Source: Hemiscyllium ocellatum (taxonomy: Eukaryota). From it: DNA of 64,000 nt. Below the pieces are notes generated by a model, which was not told where the DNA came from, ran no database searches, and saw nothing but the letters and a program-made list of their open reading frames with translations. The translations under genes were made by a program, and so were the position numbers. Positions 1 to 13,296 of this stretch are shown here, in pieces. Numbering within the stretch: the stretch's first letter is position 1; every line of letters begins with the position of its first letter. The stretch is taken from assembly GCF_020745735.1 (NCBI RefSeq), contig NC_083409.1:93950048-94014047 (forward strand), written 5' to 3'.

Positions 1-1640
1 TCCTAACACTCTCTGGGTGAAAAGGTTTTCCTCAAATTCCCTCCAAAACTCCTGCCCTTCATTTGAAATGATGCCCCCTCTTTATTGCCTCTGTATCTGA
101 GGTAACAGCTGCTTCCTATCTACCCTGTCATGCCCTTCATAATCTTATACACTTTAATAAAGTTCCTGCTCAGCCTTCTCTGTCCTAAAGAAAACAACCC
201 AAGCCTATCCAGCCTCTCTTCATTCCAAAAAGCCTCAATTCATGCAACATTCTGGTCAATCTTCTCTGCATCTCCTCCAGTGTAATCACATCCTTCCAAA
301 GTGTGGAGACCAGAACTGCACACAGTACTCTAGCTGAGATCTACCAAACTGTTGTACAACTCCAACATAACCTCCCTGCTCTTAAAATCTATGAGATGGT
401 TGATAGACAAGTATCCCATATGCCTTCTTATCCATATACCCTATTAACCTGTATCTCTGCCTTCAGGAATCTGTGGACAAGTATCCAAAGAATCCTTTAT
501 TCCTCTGAGCTTCATAGTCTCCTATCATTCATCGAGTTTTCACTTTTCTTGTTATTTCTTCCAAATTGCATTATCTCACACCATTCAAGGTTAAATTCTA
601 TCTGTCACTGCTCAGCCCATGTGACCAGCCCATTCATATCCTCTTGTAACCTCAGACCTTCTTCCTCAGTATTAACCACCTCATGTCATTCATAAATCTT
701 TATCAGTCTCCCATGTGTGACCTTGTCAAAGGCCTTGCTCAAATCCAAATAAATTACATCAAATGCACTAACCTCATCTACACACTTGATCAAATTCAAC
801 CAGGCTAGTTAGGCATGACTTCCCTCTAACAAAGCTACACCGACTATTCCTGAACAAACCTTCCTTCTCCTAATGGAGATTATTTGTCTCCTTTAGAATT
901 TTCCCCAATACTTTCTCTAACACCGATGTAAGACTCAGTGGTCTGTAATTCTTTTCTTATCTCTACCACACATCTTGAAAAGTGAACCACACTAGCTGTC
1001 CTCCAGCCCTCTGGCACCTCCCATGTAGCCAGAGAAGAATTAATAATTTGGGTTTGAGCTCCTATAATTCCCTCCCTGATCTCCCACAATAGTCTATGCT
1101 ACAACTCTCAGCCTTAGGGATTTGTCCATTTTTAAGTTTGCCAAAACCTCCAACACCTTGTCACACCTCTGTCAATCTGCTCAAAAATGTCATAGTCCTT
1201 CTCTCGCGAGTCTGTACCAATATCCTCCTTCTCCAAAGTGAAGTCAGGAATGAAGTATTTGTTTATCTTCCTACCAGCTAGCTATCCTCTAGCTCCATGC
1301 ACAGACAAAGTCATCTCAGTACCAATGGGTCCTATTCTTTTCCTGGTTATCCTCATCCCCTTAATATACTTATGGGACATCTTGGGTTTCTCTGTAATTT
1401 TACCAGCCAATGGTTTTTCCATGCCCCCTACCCTTTGCTCTCCTAATTGGTTTCTTAAGATTCCCCCTCCAGTTTTTATGCTTTACCAGGACCTTCATTG
1501 TTTCACTCCTTTTGCACCTGGCAAAGGCCTCTCCCTATCTTCTCAGCCAGTCCTGAATATTTATAGTTATCCAGGGTTCTCTGGGCTTGTAACTCCTACA
1601 TTTCTCCCTAAAGACAACATGTTGAGACTGCGCTCTCCCC
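1..1640 (-). mobile_element. CR1 LINE fragment (ORF2 RT region), decayed
   Basis: Minus-strand peptides typical of CR1 ORF2 (ORF 880-1089 'SSLATWEVPEGWRTASVV'; DLSKAFDKV-like segment ~720-750); frameshifts and stops. Confidence 0.9.
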
Positions 1641-1679
1641 ATTTCATTTTGAAACCATACCCATCTCCTCCAGCCGTGC

Positions 1680-1945
1680 TCAAGTTCCAAGACTTGACAC
1701 TCAAGCAGTTCAAACTGGTGTCAATTCCTACAGATTGGGGGGGGGGGGGCGGGCAAGAGAGGAGGAGAATTTTATGAGGAGAGGAAGTAGCATTTTTGGT
1801 AAGGGATAAAATTATGGCTGTACTTTGGGAAGATATTCTTGAGAATGCATCCAGTGAATTTATTTGGGTGAACTGAGAAATGAGAAAAGGATGACCATCT
1901 TTTGTGATTGTACCATAGAGCTCCAATAGTCAGTGGGAAATTGGC
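1680..1945 (+). mobile_element. CR1 APE-endonuclease-region fragment, opposite orientation to the adjacent CR1
   Basis: GGGVAFLVRDKI..VL.ED..E.IWV.L-like segment on + strand; contains a G-run at 1737-1749. Confidence 0.6.
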
Positions 1946-1959
1946 TGAGGTGCAAAGAA

Positions 1960-4900
1960 AATTTACACCCTAGGAACAGGCTCTTCAACCCTCCAAGCCT
2001 GAGCCGATTCAAATCCACTGTCTAAACCTGTCGCCCAATTCCTAAGTATCTGTATCCCTTTGCTCCCCCCCTACTCATGCATCTGTCCAGATACATCTTA
2101 ACTGAATCTACCTTACCTGGCTCTACTACCTCTGCTGGCAACGCGTTCCAGGCACCGACCACCCTCTGTGTAAATTACTTGCCATGCATATTTCCCCTAA
2201 ACTTTTCACCTCTCACCTTGAAAGTGTGACCTCTCATTAGAACATAGAAAAGTACAGCACAGAGCAGGCCCTTTGGTCCACGATGTTGTGACGAGATTTA
2301 ATCCGAATGTAAAATGTAGTCACTAACCAACGCACCCCTCAACTCACTGTTATCCATGTGCATGTCCAGCAGTTGCTTAAATGTCCCCAATGACTTCGCT
2401 TCCACCACCACAGCTGGCAACGCATTCCGTGCATTCACAACTCTCTGCATAAAGAATCTACCTCTGACGTCTCCTTTATACCTTCCTCCTAATATCTTCA
2501 AAATATGACTTCGCTTACCAGTTAATCCTGTCCTGGGGAAATTTCTCTGACTATTGACTCTATCTATTCCTCTCATTTTTTTGTACACCTCTCTTCCTCC
2601 TTCTCTCCAGACAGAAAAGTCCGAGCTTATTCAACCTTTCTTCATAAGGCAAGCCCTCCAGTCCAGGCAGCACCCTGGTAAACCTTCTTTGCACCCTTTT
2701 CAAAGCCTCTGTATCTTTCCTATAGTAGAGCGACCAGAACTGGACACAATATTCCAAGTGTGGTCTCACCAGGGAATTGTAGAGCTGCAGCAAAACCTCA
2801 CGGCTCTTAAACTCGATACCCCTGTCAATGAAAGCCAAAACACCATATGCTTTCTTAACAACCCTATCCACTTGGGTGGCAACTTTGAGGGATCTATGTA
2901 CTTGCACACCCAGATCCCTCTGTTCCTCCACACTGCCAAGAATCCTGTCTTTAATCCTTTATTCAGCATTCGAGTTCGATTTTCCAAAATGCATCACTTC
3001 GCATTTATCCAGGTTGAACTCATCTGCCATTTCTCAGCCCAGCTCTGCATCCTGTCTATGTCACACTGCAGCTTACAGTAGCCCTCTATACTATTGACAA
3101 CACCTCCAACCTTTGCGTCATCTGCAAATTTACTAACCCACCCCTCAACCTCCTCATCCAAGTCATTTATAAAAACTACAAAGAGCAGAGGCCCAAGAAC
3201 AGAGCCCTGCAGAACCCCACTCAACACTATCTTCCAGGCAGAATACTTTCCATCTACAACCACTCTCTGCCTTCTGTCAGCCAGCCAATTCTGAATCCAG
3301 ATAGCCAAATCTCCCTGTATCCCATACCGCCTGACTTTATGAATGAGCCTACATGGGGAACCCTATCAAATGCCTTGCTGAAATCCATATACACCACATC
3401 CACTGCTTGACCTTCGTTAACCTGTCTTGACACCTCCTCAAAGAACTCAATAAGATTTGTGAGGCATGACTTGCCCCTCACAAAGCCATGCTAACCACCT
3501 TTAATCACATTTTGCTTTGCCAAATAGTCATAAATCCTATTCCTCAGAATTCTTTCCACAACTTTGCTGACCACAGACATAAGACTGACTGGTCTGTAAT
3601 TGCCAGGGATTTCCTATTACCCTTCTTTGAAAGTGGAACAACATTCGCCTCCTTCCAATCCTCTGGTACGACTCCCATGGAGAGTGAGGAGACAAATGTC
3701 CTCACCAGCGGCTTAGCAACCTCCTTTCTCACTTCCCGAAGCAGCCAAGGATAAATCTGCTCTGGCCCTGGGGACATATCAATCTTAATGTTTTCCAAAA
3801 TTTCTAGCACATCAACTTCATCAATCTTGATCTGGTCAACACTGTATCCCAGCTCCTCTAAGTTTTCATTTTTAACAAGTTCCCTGTCCTTGGTGAAAAC
3901 CAAAGTAAAAAATTCATTTAGCACTTCCCCTATCTGCTCAGACTCCACACACAAGTTCCCTCCACTATCTCTGATCGGCCCTACCTTCCCCTTCTTCATT
4001 CTCTTATTCCTCAGATATGAGTAAAATGCCTTTGGGTTCTCCCTAATCCTTCTTGCCAAGCCTTTTTTGTGCCCCCTCCTGGCTCTCCTCAGTCCAATTC
4101 TGAGCTCCTTTCTAGTTAGCCTGTAATCCTCTAAAGATGTGCTAGATCCTTGCTTCCTCCACCTTCCGTAAGCTGCCTTCTTCCTTTTGGCGAGAAGTTC
4201 CTCTGTTCTCGTCATCCAAGGTTCCTTAATCTTACTCCTTCTTACCGGTCTCAGAGGAACACATTTGTGCATCACTCGCAACAACTGCTCCTTAAACAGT
4301 CTCCACATGTCTGCTGTGCCCTTCCTGTGGAATAATTGTTCCCAGTCTGTACTTCCCAACTCCTGTCTGATAGCATCATCATTTCCTTTTCCCCAATTAA
4401 ATATCTTCCCTCGCTAACTGCTCCTTTCACTCTCCAAGGCTATGTTAAATGTGAGGCAGTTGTGATCACTTTTACCAAAGTGCTCTCCCACCACGAGATC
4501 TGATGTTATTGAATCCTTCACCCTGGGAAAAAAGCTTATCTTTATCTACCCTTCTATATCCTTCATGATTTTGTAGACCTCAATCAGATAACCCCCTCAA
4601 TCTCCTTTTTTGCTGATGAAAACAATCCTAACCTACTCAACCTCTCTTCATAGGTAGCACCTTCCATTCCAGGCAATATTCTCGTAAACCTTTGCACCCT
4701 CTGCAAAGCATCCACATCCTTTTGGTAATGTGGCGACCAGAACTGTCCACAGTATTCTAAATGTGGTTGAATCAATGTCTTGTACAATTTAACATGACTT
4801 GCTCTTACACTCAATACCCTGACGATGAAGGCAAACATACCATATGCCTTCTTGACCACTCTATCCACCTGTGCAGCAGCCTTCAGGGTACAATGGACTT

Positions 4901-7025
4901 GAACTCCCAGATCTTCTGCTCATCAACTTTTCCCAAGGCCCTACCGTTTACTATAGTATTAGACTTCACAGAATGCATCACCTCACATTTGCCTTGATTG
5001 AACTCCATCTGCTACTTCTCCGCCTAATTCTTCAGTCTAACTATACTCTCCTGTATTCTTTGACAGTCCTCTGTGCTTTCTGCTACTCCATCAATCTTCG
5101 TGTCATCTGAAAACTTGCTGATCATACCAACAGTGCCCTCTTCCAGATCATTTATGTATATCACAAACAACAGAGGCTCCAACACTGACCCCTGTGGATC
5201 ACTACTGGCCACCTTTCTCCATTTCGAGAAACTCCCTTCAACTACTATTCTCTGTTTCCTGTTGCTCAATCATTGCTTTATCCACCTTGCTAGAACACCC
5301 TGTACACTATGTGATTTCACTTTCTCAATTAGTTTACCATGGGGAACCTTATCAAATGCCTTATTAAAGTCCATGTATATGACATAAACCGCCCTTCCTT
5401 CATCTATCAACTTGGTCACTTCCTCGAAGAGCTCTATTAAGTTGGTAAGGCATGATCTCCCCCGCACAAAGCCATGTTGCCTATCACAGATAAGCCCATT
5501 CTTTTCCAAATATAAATAGAGTTTATCCCTCAGTACCTTCTCCAGCAACTTTCCCACCACTGATGTCAGGGTCACTGGTCTGTGGTTACCCAGAATATCC
5601 CTACTATCCTTCTTGTACAGGGGGACAACATGAACAATCCTCCAGTCCTCCAGCACCTCACCTGTACTTAAAGATGCCACAAAGATATCTGTCAGGGCCC
5701 CAGCTATTTCCTCTGTTGCCTCCCTCAGCAACCTTGGATGGATCCCATCCAGTACTGGGGATTTGTCCACCTTAGTAACCTCTAGCCTACCCAACACATC
5801 GTCCCTACTTATGTCAACATGATCCAGAGTAATCAAACTTCTACCTCTAATCTTAACATTCATCATGTTCCTCTCCTCAGTGAACACTGATGCAAAGTAA
5901 TCATTCAGAAGCTCACCCATTCTCTCAGGTTCGGCACACAACCTTCCTTCGTTATCCTTTAGTGGACTAATCATTTCTCTAGTTACCTGCCTGCTTCTTA
6001 TATAAGAATAAAATGCTTTGGGATTCTCCTTAACTCTGCTTGCTAAAGATTTTTCATGACCCCTTTCAGCCCACTTTATTCCTCGTTTAAAACTGGTCCT
6101 ACTCTCCTGATATTCCTCTGATCCCCCGTTCTGTTCTTAGCTGCCTAGACCTTTTCCTCTTGGCTAGTTGTACGATTTCTCTTCATGAATCTTGCTTTTC
6201 CTACCCTTTGCTTTCAACAGGACATGCCTATTCTGCACTATCTTTAACCTATCTTTGAAAGACTCCCACATCTCAAATGTGGACTTCCCTTCAAATAGCT
6301 GTGTCCAATCCACATTTCCCAGCTCCTGTCTAATTTTGATATAATTGGCCTTGGCCCAGTTTAGTACTCTTCCCTTAGGACCACTCTCTTCTTTATCTAC
6401 GAGTATTCTAAAACTTACAGAATTGTGGTCACTGTTCCCAAAGAAATCCCCCACTGCAACTTCTACCATCTGTCCTGGCACATTCCCCAATATCAGGTCC
6501 AATATGGCCCCTTCCCTTGTCGGACTATTGACTTACTGCTCTAGAAAACTCTCCTGGATGCTTCTTACAAATTTTGCCCCGATCCAGACCTCTGATACTA
6601 AGTGTATCCCAGTCAAAGTTGGGAAAATTAAAATCTCCCATCACCATCACACTGTTGCCTCTACATCTTTCCATAATCTGTTTTCCTATTTGTTCTTCTA
6701 CCTGTAGTACAGCCCCAACAATGTAACTGCACCCTTGTTATTACTCAGCTCCACCCATAATGCCTCACTACTCAAGCCTCCATAGTGTCCTCCTTTAGCA
6801 CAGCTGTGATATCATCCCTGACCAGCAATGCAACTCCACCCCCACTTGTACTTCCCTCCCTGTCCTGTCTGAAGCATCCATATCCTGGAACATTTAGTTG
6901 CCAATCATGCCCTTCCTTCAACCAAGTCTCTGTGATTGCAATAATGCTATACTCCTAGGCACCAATCCAAGCCCTAAGTTCATCTGCCTTACTCACTGTA
7001 CTCCTTGCATTAAAGTATATGCACT
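1960..7025 (-). mobile_element. CR1 LINE with near-complete decayed ORF2, interrupted by a younger CR1 at ~2238-4505
   Basis: EN start 'KCIYFNARS' near 7020; 'VMGDFNFP' ~6630; RT 'QHGFVRGRSCLTNL..YMDFNKAFDKVPH' (ORF 5270-5974); 'PQGSVLEPLLF..KFSDD' (5024-5269); C-terminus 4584-4868; the 3' end resumes at 2237-1960 across the insertion. Confidence 0.9.
2238..4505 (-). mobile_element. 5'-truncated CR1 LINE nested in another CR1
   Basis: ORFs 3544-4359, 3254-3481, 2994-3308 ('QGSVLGPLLF..KFADD') and 2560-2931 form one frameshifted ORF2; TTCTATGTTCTA-type tail at ~2240. Confidence 0.92.
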
Positions 7026-7029
7026 TCAG

Positions 7030-7790
7030 GTGTCAGAGGAGGAGCACTTTGGGACCAGTGACCATGATTCTGTTAGTTGTAAAATAGTAATGTAAAAGGA
7101 TACACTGGATCTAAAAGTTAAAGTTCTAAATGGGAGGAAGGCCAATTTTGATGGTATTAGGCAAGAACTTTCAAAATTTGAGTGGGGGCAGATGTTCAAG
7201 GTAAAGGGATGGCTGGAAAATGGAAAGCCTTCATTCCGGTGTAAAGGACATTGGTTAGGCCAATGTTGGAATATTGCATGCAATTCTGGTTTCCTTCCTA
7301 TCGGAAGGATGTTGTGAAATTTGAAAGAATTCAGAAAAGATTTACAAAGACTTTGCCAGGGTTGGAGGATTTGAGCTATAGGGAGAGGTTGAACAGGCTG
7401 GGGCTGTTTTCCCTGGAACGTCGGAGGCTGAAGGGTGAGCTTATAGAAGTTTATAAAAGCATGAGGCCCATGGATAGGGTAAATGGACAAAGTCTTTTCC
7501 CTGGGTGGGGAGTTCAGATCTAGAGGGCATAGGTTTACGGTGAGAGGGGAAAGATACAAATGAGACCTAAGAGGCAACTTTTTCACACAGAGTTTGGTAC
7601 GTGTATGGAATAAGCTGCCAGAGGAAGTGGTGGAGGCTGGTACAATTGCAACATTTAAAAGGCATCTGGATGGGTATATGAATAGGAAGGGTTTGGAGGG
7701 ATATGGGCCAGGTGGCACTAGACTGGGTTGGGATATCTGGTTGGCATGGACCAAAGGGTCTGTTTCCATGCTGTACATCTCTATGACTCT
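7030..7790 (+). mobile_element. Internally deleted CR1 (post-EN segment joined to ORF2 C-terminus and 3' tail)
   Basis: 7030-7232 'EEHFGTSDHDSV' region abuts 'LVRPMLEYCMQFWFP' (ORF 7251-7523); (CTCTATGA)-type tail ~7780. Confidence 0.85.
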
Positions 7791-7791
7791 A

Positions 7792-8091
7792 TGTCCACAC
7801 TAACCTTCCAAAGAGTATCCCATCCAAACCTAATCCCCATTACTCTACATTTACTCCTGACTCATGCATCTAACTTATACATCCCTAAACACTGTGGGCA
7901 ATCTAGCATGGCCAATTCACCTATACACATCTTTGGATTGTGGGAAGAAACCATAGCACCTGGACGAAACCCACACAGACGTGGGGAGAATGTGCAAACT
8001 CCACACAGACAGTCACCTGAGGCTGGAATCAAACCTGGGTCCCTGGGACTGTGAGGCAGCAGTGCTAACTGCTGAACCACCATGCCAGCCC
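7792..8091 (-). mobile_element. HE1-type tRNA-derived V-SINE
   Basis: tRNA head with A/B boxes and V-domain (GTGTGGAGTTTGCACATTCTCCCC..GGGTTTC) on minus strand. Confidence 0.9.
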
Positions 8092-8099
8092 ACATACCT

Positions 8100-8640
8100 G
8101 CTGGAGTTTCAAAAAGTAAAAAGGGCGATTTGACTGAAACATAAAAGATCCTGAGGGGTCTTGACAGTGTAAATGTGTAGAGGAAGGTTTCTCTTATTGG
8201 AGAGAGTGGAGCTAGGGTCAATGTTTAAAATCAGAGATTACCCCCTTGAATCGTAGGTGAAGAGAATTATTTTTCTCTCAGAGGCTCATGAGTCTTTGGA
8301 ACTCCCTTCCTGAAAAGATGGCAAAAGCAGTGTCCTTCAATATTGTTGGGGCAGAGGTTGTTAGATTCTAGGAGAAAGTGAGGACTGCAGATGCTGGAGA
8401 TCAGAGCAGAAAATGTGTTGCTAGAAAAGCGCAGCAGGTCAGGCAGCATCCAAGGAGCAGGAGATTCGATGTTTCGGGCATGAGCCCTTCTTCAGATTCT
8501 AGCTAAGAATGTGAAAGGTTATCGGGGCTAGAAAACAGATTTGAGGTCACAATGAGATCAGCCATGATCTTACGGAATGGCGGAGTAGGCTCAAGGATCT
8601 GAATGGACTCCTTCTCCTTATAATTCACATGTTCGTAAGA
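8100..8640 (+). mobile_element. CR1 3' end, interrupted by a hammerhead element
   Basis: 'KGDLTETxKILRGLD' segment followed by CR1 3' UTR (agatcagccatgatctt..gaatggcggag). Confidence 0.75.
8372..8495 (-). mobile_element. PLE-derived short element, family A, single arm, with minimal hammerhead core
   Basis: Minus strand CTGAAGA-A-GGGC-TCAT-GCCC-GAAA-CA-TC; direct repeat AGATTCTAG at 8363-8371 and 8494-8502. Confidence 0.85.
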
Positions 8641-9419
8641 ATGGCCAAGTCCAGAGGCATATCATCGATATGTGAACTCAGCAGGAGTAGTCCACCAAAC
8701 ATTGGACACCTCAGTCCTTTGTTCCTATGAACTGCTAAACAGAAAATAACCCTGAGCCCATTCTGGAGACATTACACGCTCAAGTGGAAGTCCCTGCAGT
8801 GGTCAGGAATGGGGATAATAAATGCCTTGTGAGTGTTTCCTCTGAGTATCCCAGCTGCTCCTCCTCAGAGCTGCTCTGGATGGGATTTGGAACAAGACAT
8901 TTGGGGAATTGACTGTGCATCTTCCACAGTCCCACAGTTTTGATCCAGATGCTGGAAAAGTAAACATAAAGAAGTGCCAAGGTCAGGAGGCACTACTGGT
9001 ACCAAAGGATGAATTCAAGTACAGTGGTGGCTTGATGTACAGACGTCAGAAGCTGTTTGGTGGCTTATAATGCATTAGATGCAATCTGTGCTTCTGCACA
9101 TGTTCTCTCTGGTGAGCTCAGTAGCCTGCTCTTTGAACATGGTGAGGACCAGACATTCAGGCATTCTGAGTACTCTCTCTCTCTCTCTCTCTGTCCTGTT
9201 GTGGATATTCTTATCCTGAAGAAGACTAGAGACATTAAGAAACATTACCATGAGACTTGCAATCTCATTGGACTATTAATGGTGTACACAGAGAATGGTC
9301 ATTATGCAGAAGAAATTTGAAATTACCCTGGTGCCTATTACCTTCAGTGTGACAGAGATCATCCCTGTTTAGAACAAAGAAATCTCAAAACATTTGTAGG
9401 GATATAATGATAAAAATAT

Positions 9420-9980
9420 ATAAGCAGGTGAGGCCATAACTGAAATATTGTGCACAGTTCTGGTCACCACATTACCAAAAGGATGCAATTGCTCTGGAGA
9501 GAATATAGAGAAGATTTTTTGGAATGTTGCCAGGGCTGGAGTATTGTATGTACGAGGAGAGATTGGAGAGGTTGGGATTGTTTTCCTTGGAACAGAGAAG
9601 GCTGAGGGAATGACATGATTGAGGTTTACCCAATTGAAGTGGACAGCATAGACCTGTTTCCCTTGGCAGAGAGTTCAAAACCAGAGGCCATAGATTCAAG
9701 CTAAATGGCAGAAGGATTAGAGAGAACATGAGGAAAAACCCTTTTACGCAGAGCGTGGTGGGTGTCTGGAATTCGCTGCCTGAGTTGATGGTGGAGACAG
9801 AGACCATACACTCTTTTAAAAAGTACATGGATCTGCACCTTAAGTGCTATAAGCTGCATGGCTATGGGCCATGTGCAGAAGCATCAGATTAGAAAAGGGG
9901 GCATCAGAGTTTCTTTGGGTCCACATGGACATGTTGGGCCAAATGCTCCCCTTCTTTGCTGTGTCATTTCTATGGTTCTT
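9420..9980 (+). mobile_element. CR1 3' fragment
   Basis: 'YCAQFWSPHYQKDAIALERI..GMLPGLE' and CR1 tail. Confidence 0.85.
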
Positions 9981-11770
9981 TGTTTCTATTTCCATGAGTG
10001 ACCACCATCTTGTAATGATATCTGGGGCTTCTAACACTGAGACCTGGGCTTGATGGGATGAAAGTTACCAACATTGATTAACTGCATGGTACCCCCATTA
10101 AGTGAACTTAGACAGTCTTCATCCAATAGCCGATTGTATAAACTTCTCCTGTATTCAGTACTCACTCCCACAAAATTAGTTATTTCACTCAAAACAGACC
10201 AGTGTGGAAATTGCAAATCACAAACCTGAGTGCCATGGTACAGGGCATTGTTCTGTGGTTGAAGAAAAGGAGCTTTGATAAGATAGAATCATGGACTTAC
10301 ATTCTGTATTGGACCTATAAAATGAGAACGTTTGGTGCTGAATTAAAAGCAAACTATTGCTTGATGCTAACATTAAGTTGTAATCTCTCCAAAGCTTAGC
10401 TGAAATTATAGATAGGTCCTTGTGAAATAAGACATCCCTGTAACACTCTGCTTATTGATGATTTGAAAACAAATGCTTCAATTTGCAAAGCTCTATTTGG
10501 AATTTTCTAAAAGTGCATAATTTCTAATAATCTGGCAAATGTAGCTTCCAGTAATTGATTTAAACCCACAAAACATTTTGACACTTAAAAAATATCGTTG
10601 TAGCAGTTCCAGCTTCAGATTTATAAAACAAGTTCTTATCACATAAAGGATTCTCTCAACATGCAGGCGCTACACTTCATCTTTTTAATTTAAAATTACT
10701 CAAGCTTAATAAATGGAATAGCTGCTTGTGGTCAGTTTCACAATAAGTCACAAAGGAAGTACAATTATTCCATTCTGAACCCTTAATTATATAACAAGCA
10801 TTAAGAACATTGAATGCATCTTTGAAAGCCATGGGTTGTTGTGGCTCAGAGCTCTGATTAATTTGCTGAGCGCAGAAAGTAAACAGTGTTGCTGAAGTTA
10901 AAAAATGTTATTTTAATCAGTATATTACAATACGCTATATATTGTGTCTGTAGTCAGTTTATATACAACATGAAAAGAGTTTTGCAAAGTGTAATTGAAA
11001 AGGGTGCATGATGGCTTTTGAAGTTTCAGCTTTGCAACCCAAACGGAAGAAAGAAGATCAGGTCTAATATTGCTCGTCATTCTCTTTATAAGATCACACA
11101 CTGAAAAGGTACAACATTATTTTTCAGCAGGTGCAATGCAAGAATTAAACATCATTATTGTCTTGAGTGCAAAATACTGAGTTTATTAAATATGTATGAG
11201 CCTGAAAATCTAAATCAGTTCTTTGACTTTGTGAATCATTTCAATTTATAGCAACTTTTAGGGATGGCAAGAAGCAGGTGGATGACAGTTTGCCAAAATT
11301 AATAGATATCACGGACTGTCTCTCCAAATGGTTTCATGCTGTCCTTCTGGCATGTCTGATCTTTTCTATCTGCAGGTTTAAAGGGCTGTGTTCTATTTTT
11401 ACCCAAATGGATCTTGAAATTATATGGCAAAACACAGAATGATTACATCGGAGTGAAAAGATAATTTACATTTAAATTATTTTCCAAAAAAAAATCACAG
11501 CTTGAATACAAGCTGAATTATCTATGACAGCAATTTCTAGTGTTTACCTGCTAAATGGTAGAGCAGACCAATTCTGTACGTGGACGTTTATATTCATAAA
11601 GCCAACTTTGTTCAAACCGTACCTGTTTCATCAAATTATCTCTGAAAGCATTGTAGGTTTTCAAATCTTTGAAAATTGTGCAGCTTTTTTAAGGTACATT
11701 GTTCAATATGACAGGTGGGTACAATGTGACAGTATGACATGTTTACAGAGGCTCTTTCCATTATAAATAT

Positions 11771-12330
11771 CAGCCTTGGTTCAGCTGTATCACACTTGCC
11801 TCTGAGTCATAAAGTAGTGGGTTCAAGTTCCAATTCTTTCGCACGTAAACCAGACTGACACTTTAGCGTAAAACTGAGGTGTTATCTTTTGAGTGAGACT
11901 TTAAAATGTAAAGACCTATCATACCTTGTAGGTGGAAATAAAAGCTCCTACAAAGCGCCACAAAAGGTGTCTTGACCAATATTTATTCCACAGCCAACAT
12001 TGATAGAACTCGTTACTCTGTCATTTAATTTTAAAGGGAACATTGGTGTTTATAGGGCTTTGGTAAAAACAATGACTGCAGATGCTGGAAACCAGATTCT
12101 GGATTAGTGGTGCTGGAAGAGCACAGCAGTTCAGGCAGCATCCAAGGAACAGCGAAATCGACGTTCAGGCAAAAGCCTTATAGGGCTTTGCCAGATGCAA
12201 ATTGGCTGCCATGTTTCTCTCCACATTAAAACAGTAACTACAAATCAAAAGCATTTCATTGATTGCAAAGTACCTTAGGAGGTCTAATGTTCATTGAAGC
12301 AGTGCAGTGTTTTCGTTAATGCAAGGAATC
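11771..12330 (+). mobile_element. Old DeuSINE (SacSINE1/AmnSINE1-like), interrupted at 12063-12177
   Basis: tRNA-like head (cagccttggttcag..gtgggttcaagttcc); Deu-domain-like 'ggtgtcttgaccaatatttattccacagccaacat'; tail 'caaattggctgcc..acagtaactac..ttcattg..aatgcaag'. Confidence 0.7.
12063..12177 (-). mobile_element. PLE-derived short element, family B, single arm (truncated within the hammerhead)
   Basis: Same sequence as the arms at 32526-32802; perfect 13-bp TSD TTATAGGGCTTTG at 12050-12062 and 12178-12190. Confidence 0.88.
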
Positions 12331-12529
12331 TTTATTCTCTCCCATTCATTTTAAGATTGCAGTTGGTCTGGTCTTCTTGAATTCAATGGGTAACCAATTA
12401 ATAACAAATTGAAATTGTTGCATTTGCAAACTTCCTTTTGTGTGATACTTTTCCTGCTCAGTCACAAAGAGGGCAATCAGGTTTTATTGATTGAAATAAC
12501 AGCAAATCGGGTTTGAAGTCAGTCTTTTA

Positions 12530-13180
12530 AAAGTTCTTTCACAGGATGTTCATGGTGCTAGCTGGTGCAGTGTTTACTGCCCATCCCCACTGCCCTGAAG
12601 AAGGTAGCGGTGAGCTGCCATTTTGAAGAGCATGAGTATGCTGACAATGTTGTAAAGAAGGGAGTTGTACAATTTGGCCCAGACAATGAAGGAACAGTAT
12701 TATAGGTGTAGGTCAGAATGGTGAATGGCTTGGAGGGGAAATTGCAGATGGTGGGGATCCATGCATTTGCTCCCCCAGCGGTTCTAGGTGGTGGAAGTTG
12801 TGGATTTGGAAGGTGCTGTACAAGTTACTGCAGTGCATCTTATATTCGATACATACTGTGGAGGAGGGCATGATTGTTTAAGATGGTGGCTTGGGTGTCA
12901 AACAAATAGTTTGGGTTAAATTATCAATAGAAATGGCATAGTCATGACTGGTGACTTTTAGGCGAAGGATAGACTTTAGGAAGTCAAGTGGTAATTTGTT
13001 CATGTCAGAATTTCTAACCTCTGACCTGCTATTGCAGCCACAGTATTTATATCATTAGTCCAATTCAGTTTCTGAACAATGTTATTGACAATGAGGGATT
13101 CTGCAATGGTAATGTTGTTAAATTGTTGCCAAGAGGAGATTATTAGATTATCTCCTGTTAGAGATGTTCAGTGCCCGCCA
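12530..13180 (-). mobile_element. Old LINE 3' fragment (second CR1/L2-group family)
   Basis: Reverse complement of the family seen at 20260-20500, 29145-30230 and 62250-62980 (gcagctcacc..cttc..gggca..gggatgggca.taaa tail). Confidence 0.65.
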
Positions 13181-13296
13181 CATCCCAGTAAGAGTATTAG
13201 AAATGGTAAGCAACATATAAACAGAAAGCAACGAAAATCATCAGTTGTACTGCTAAAGATGTATAAAGATAACCAATGAAGAATGACAAATTTGGA

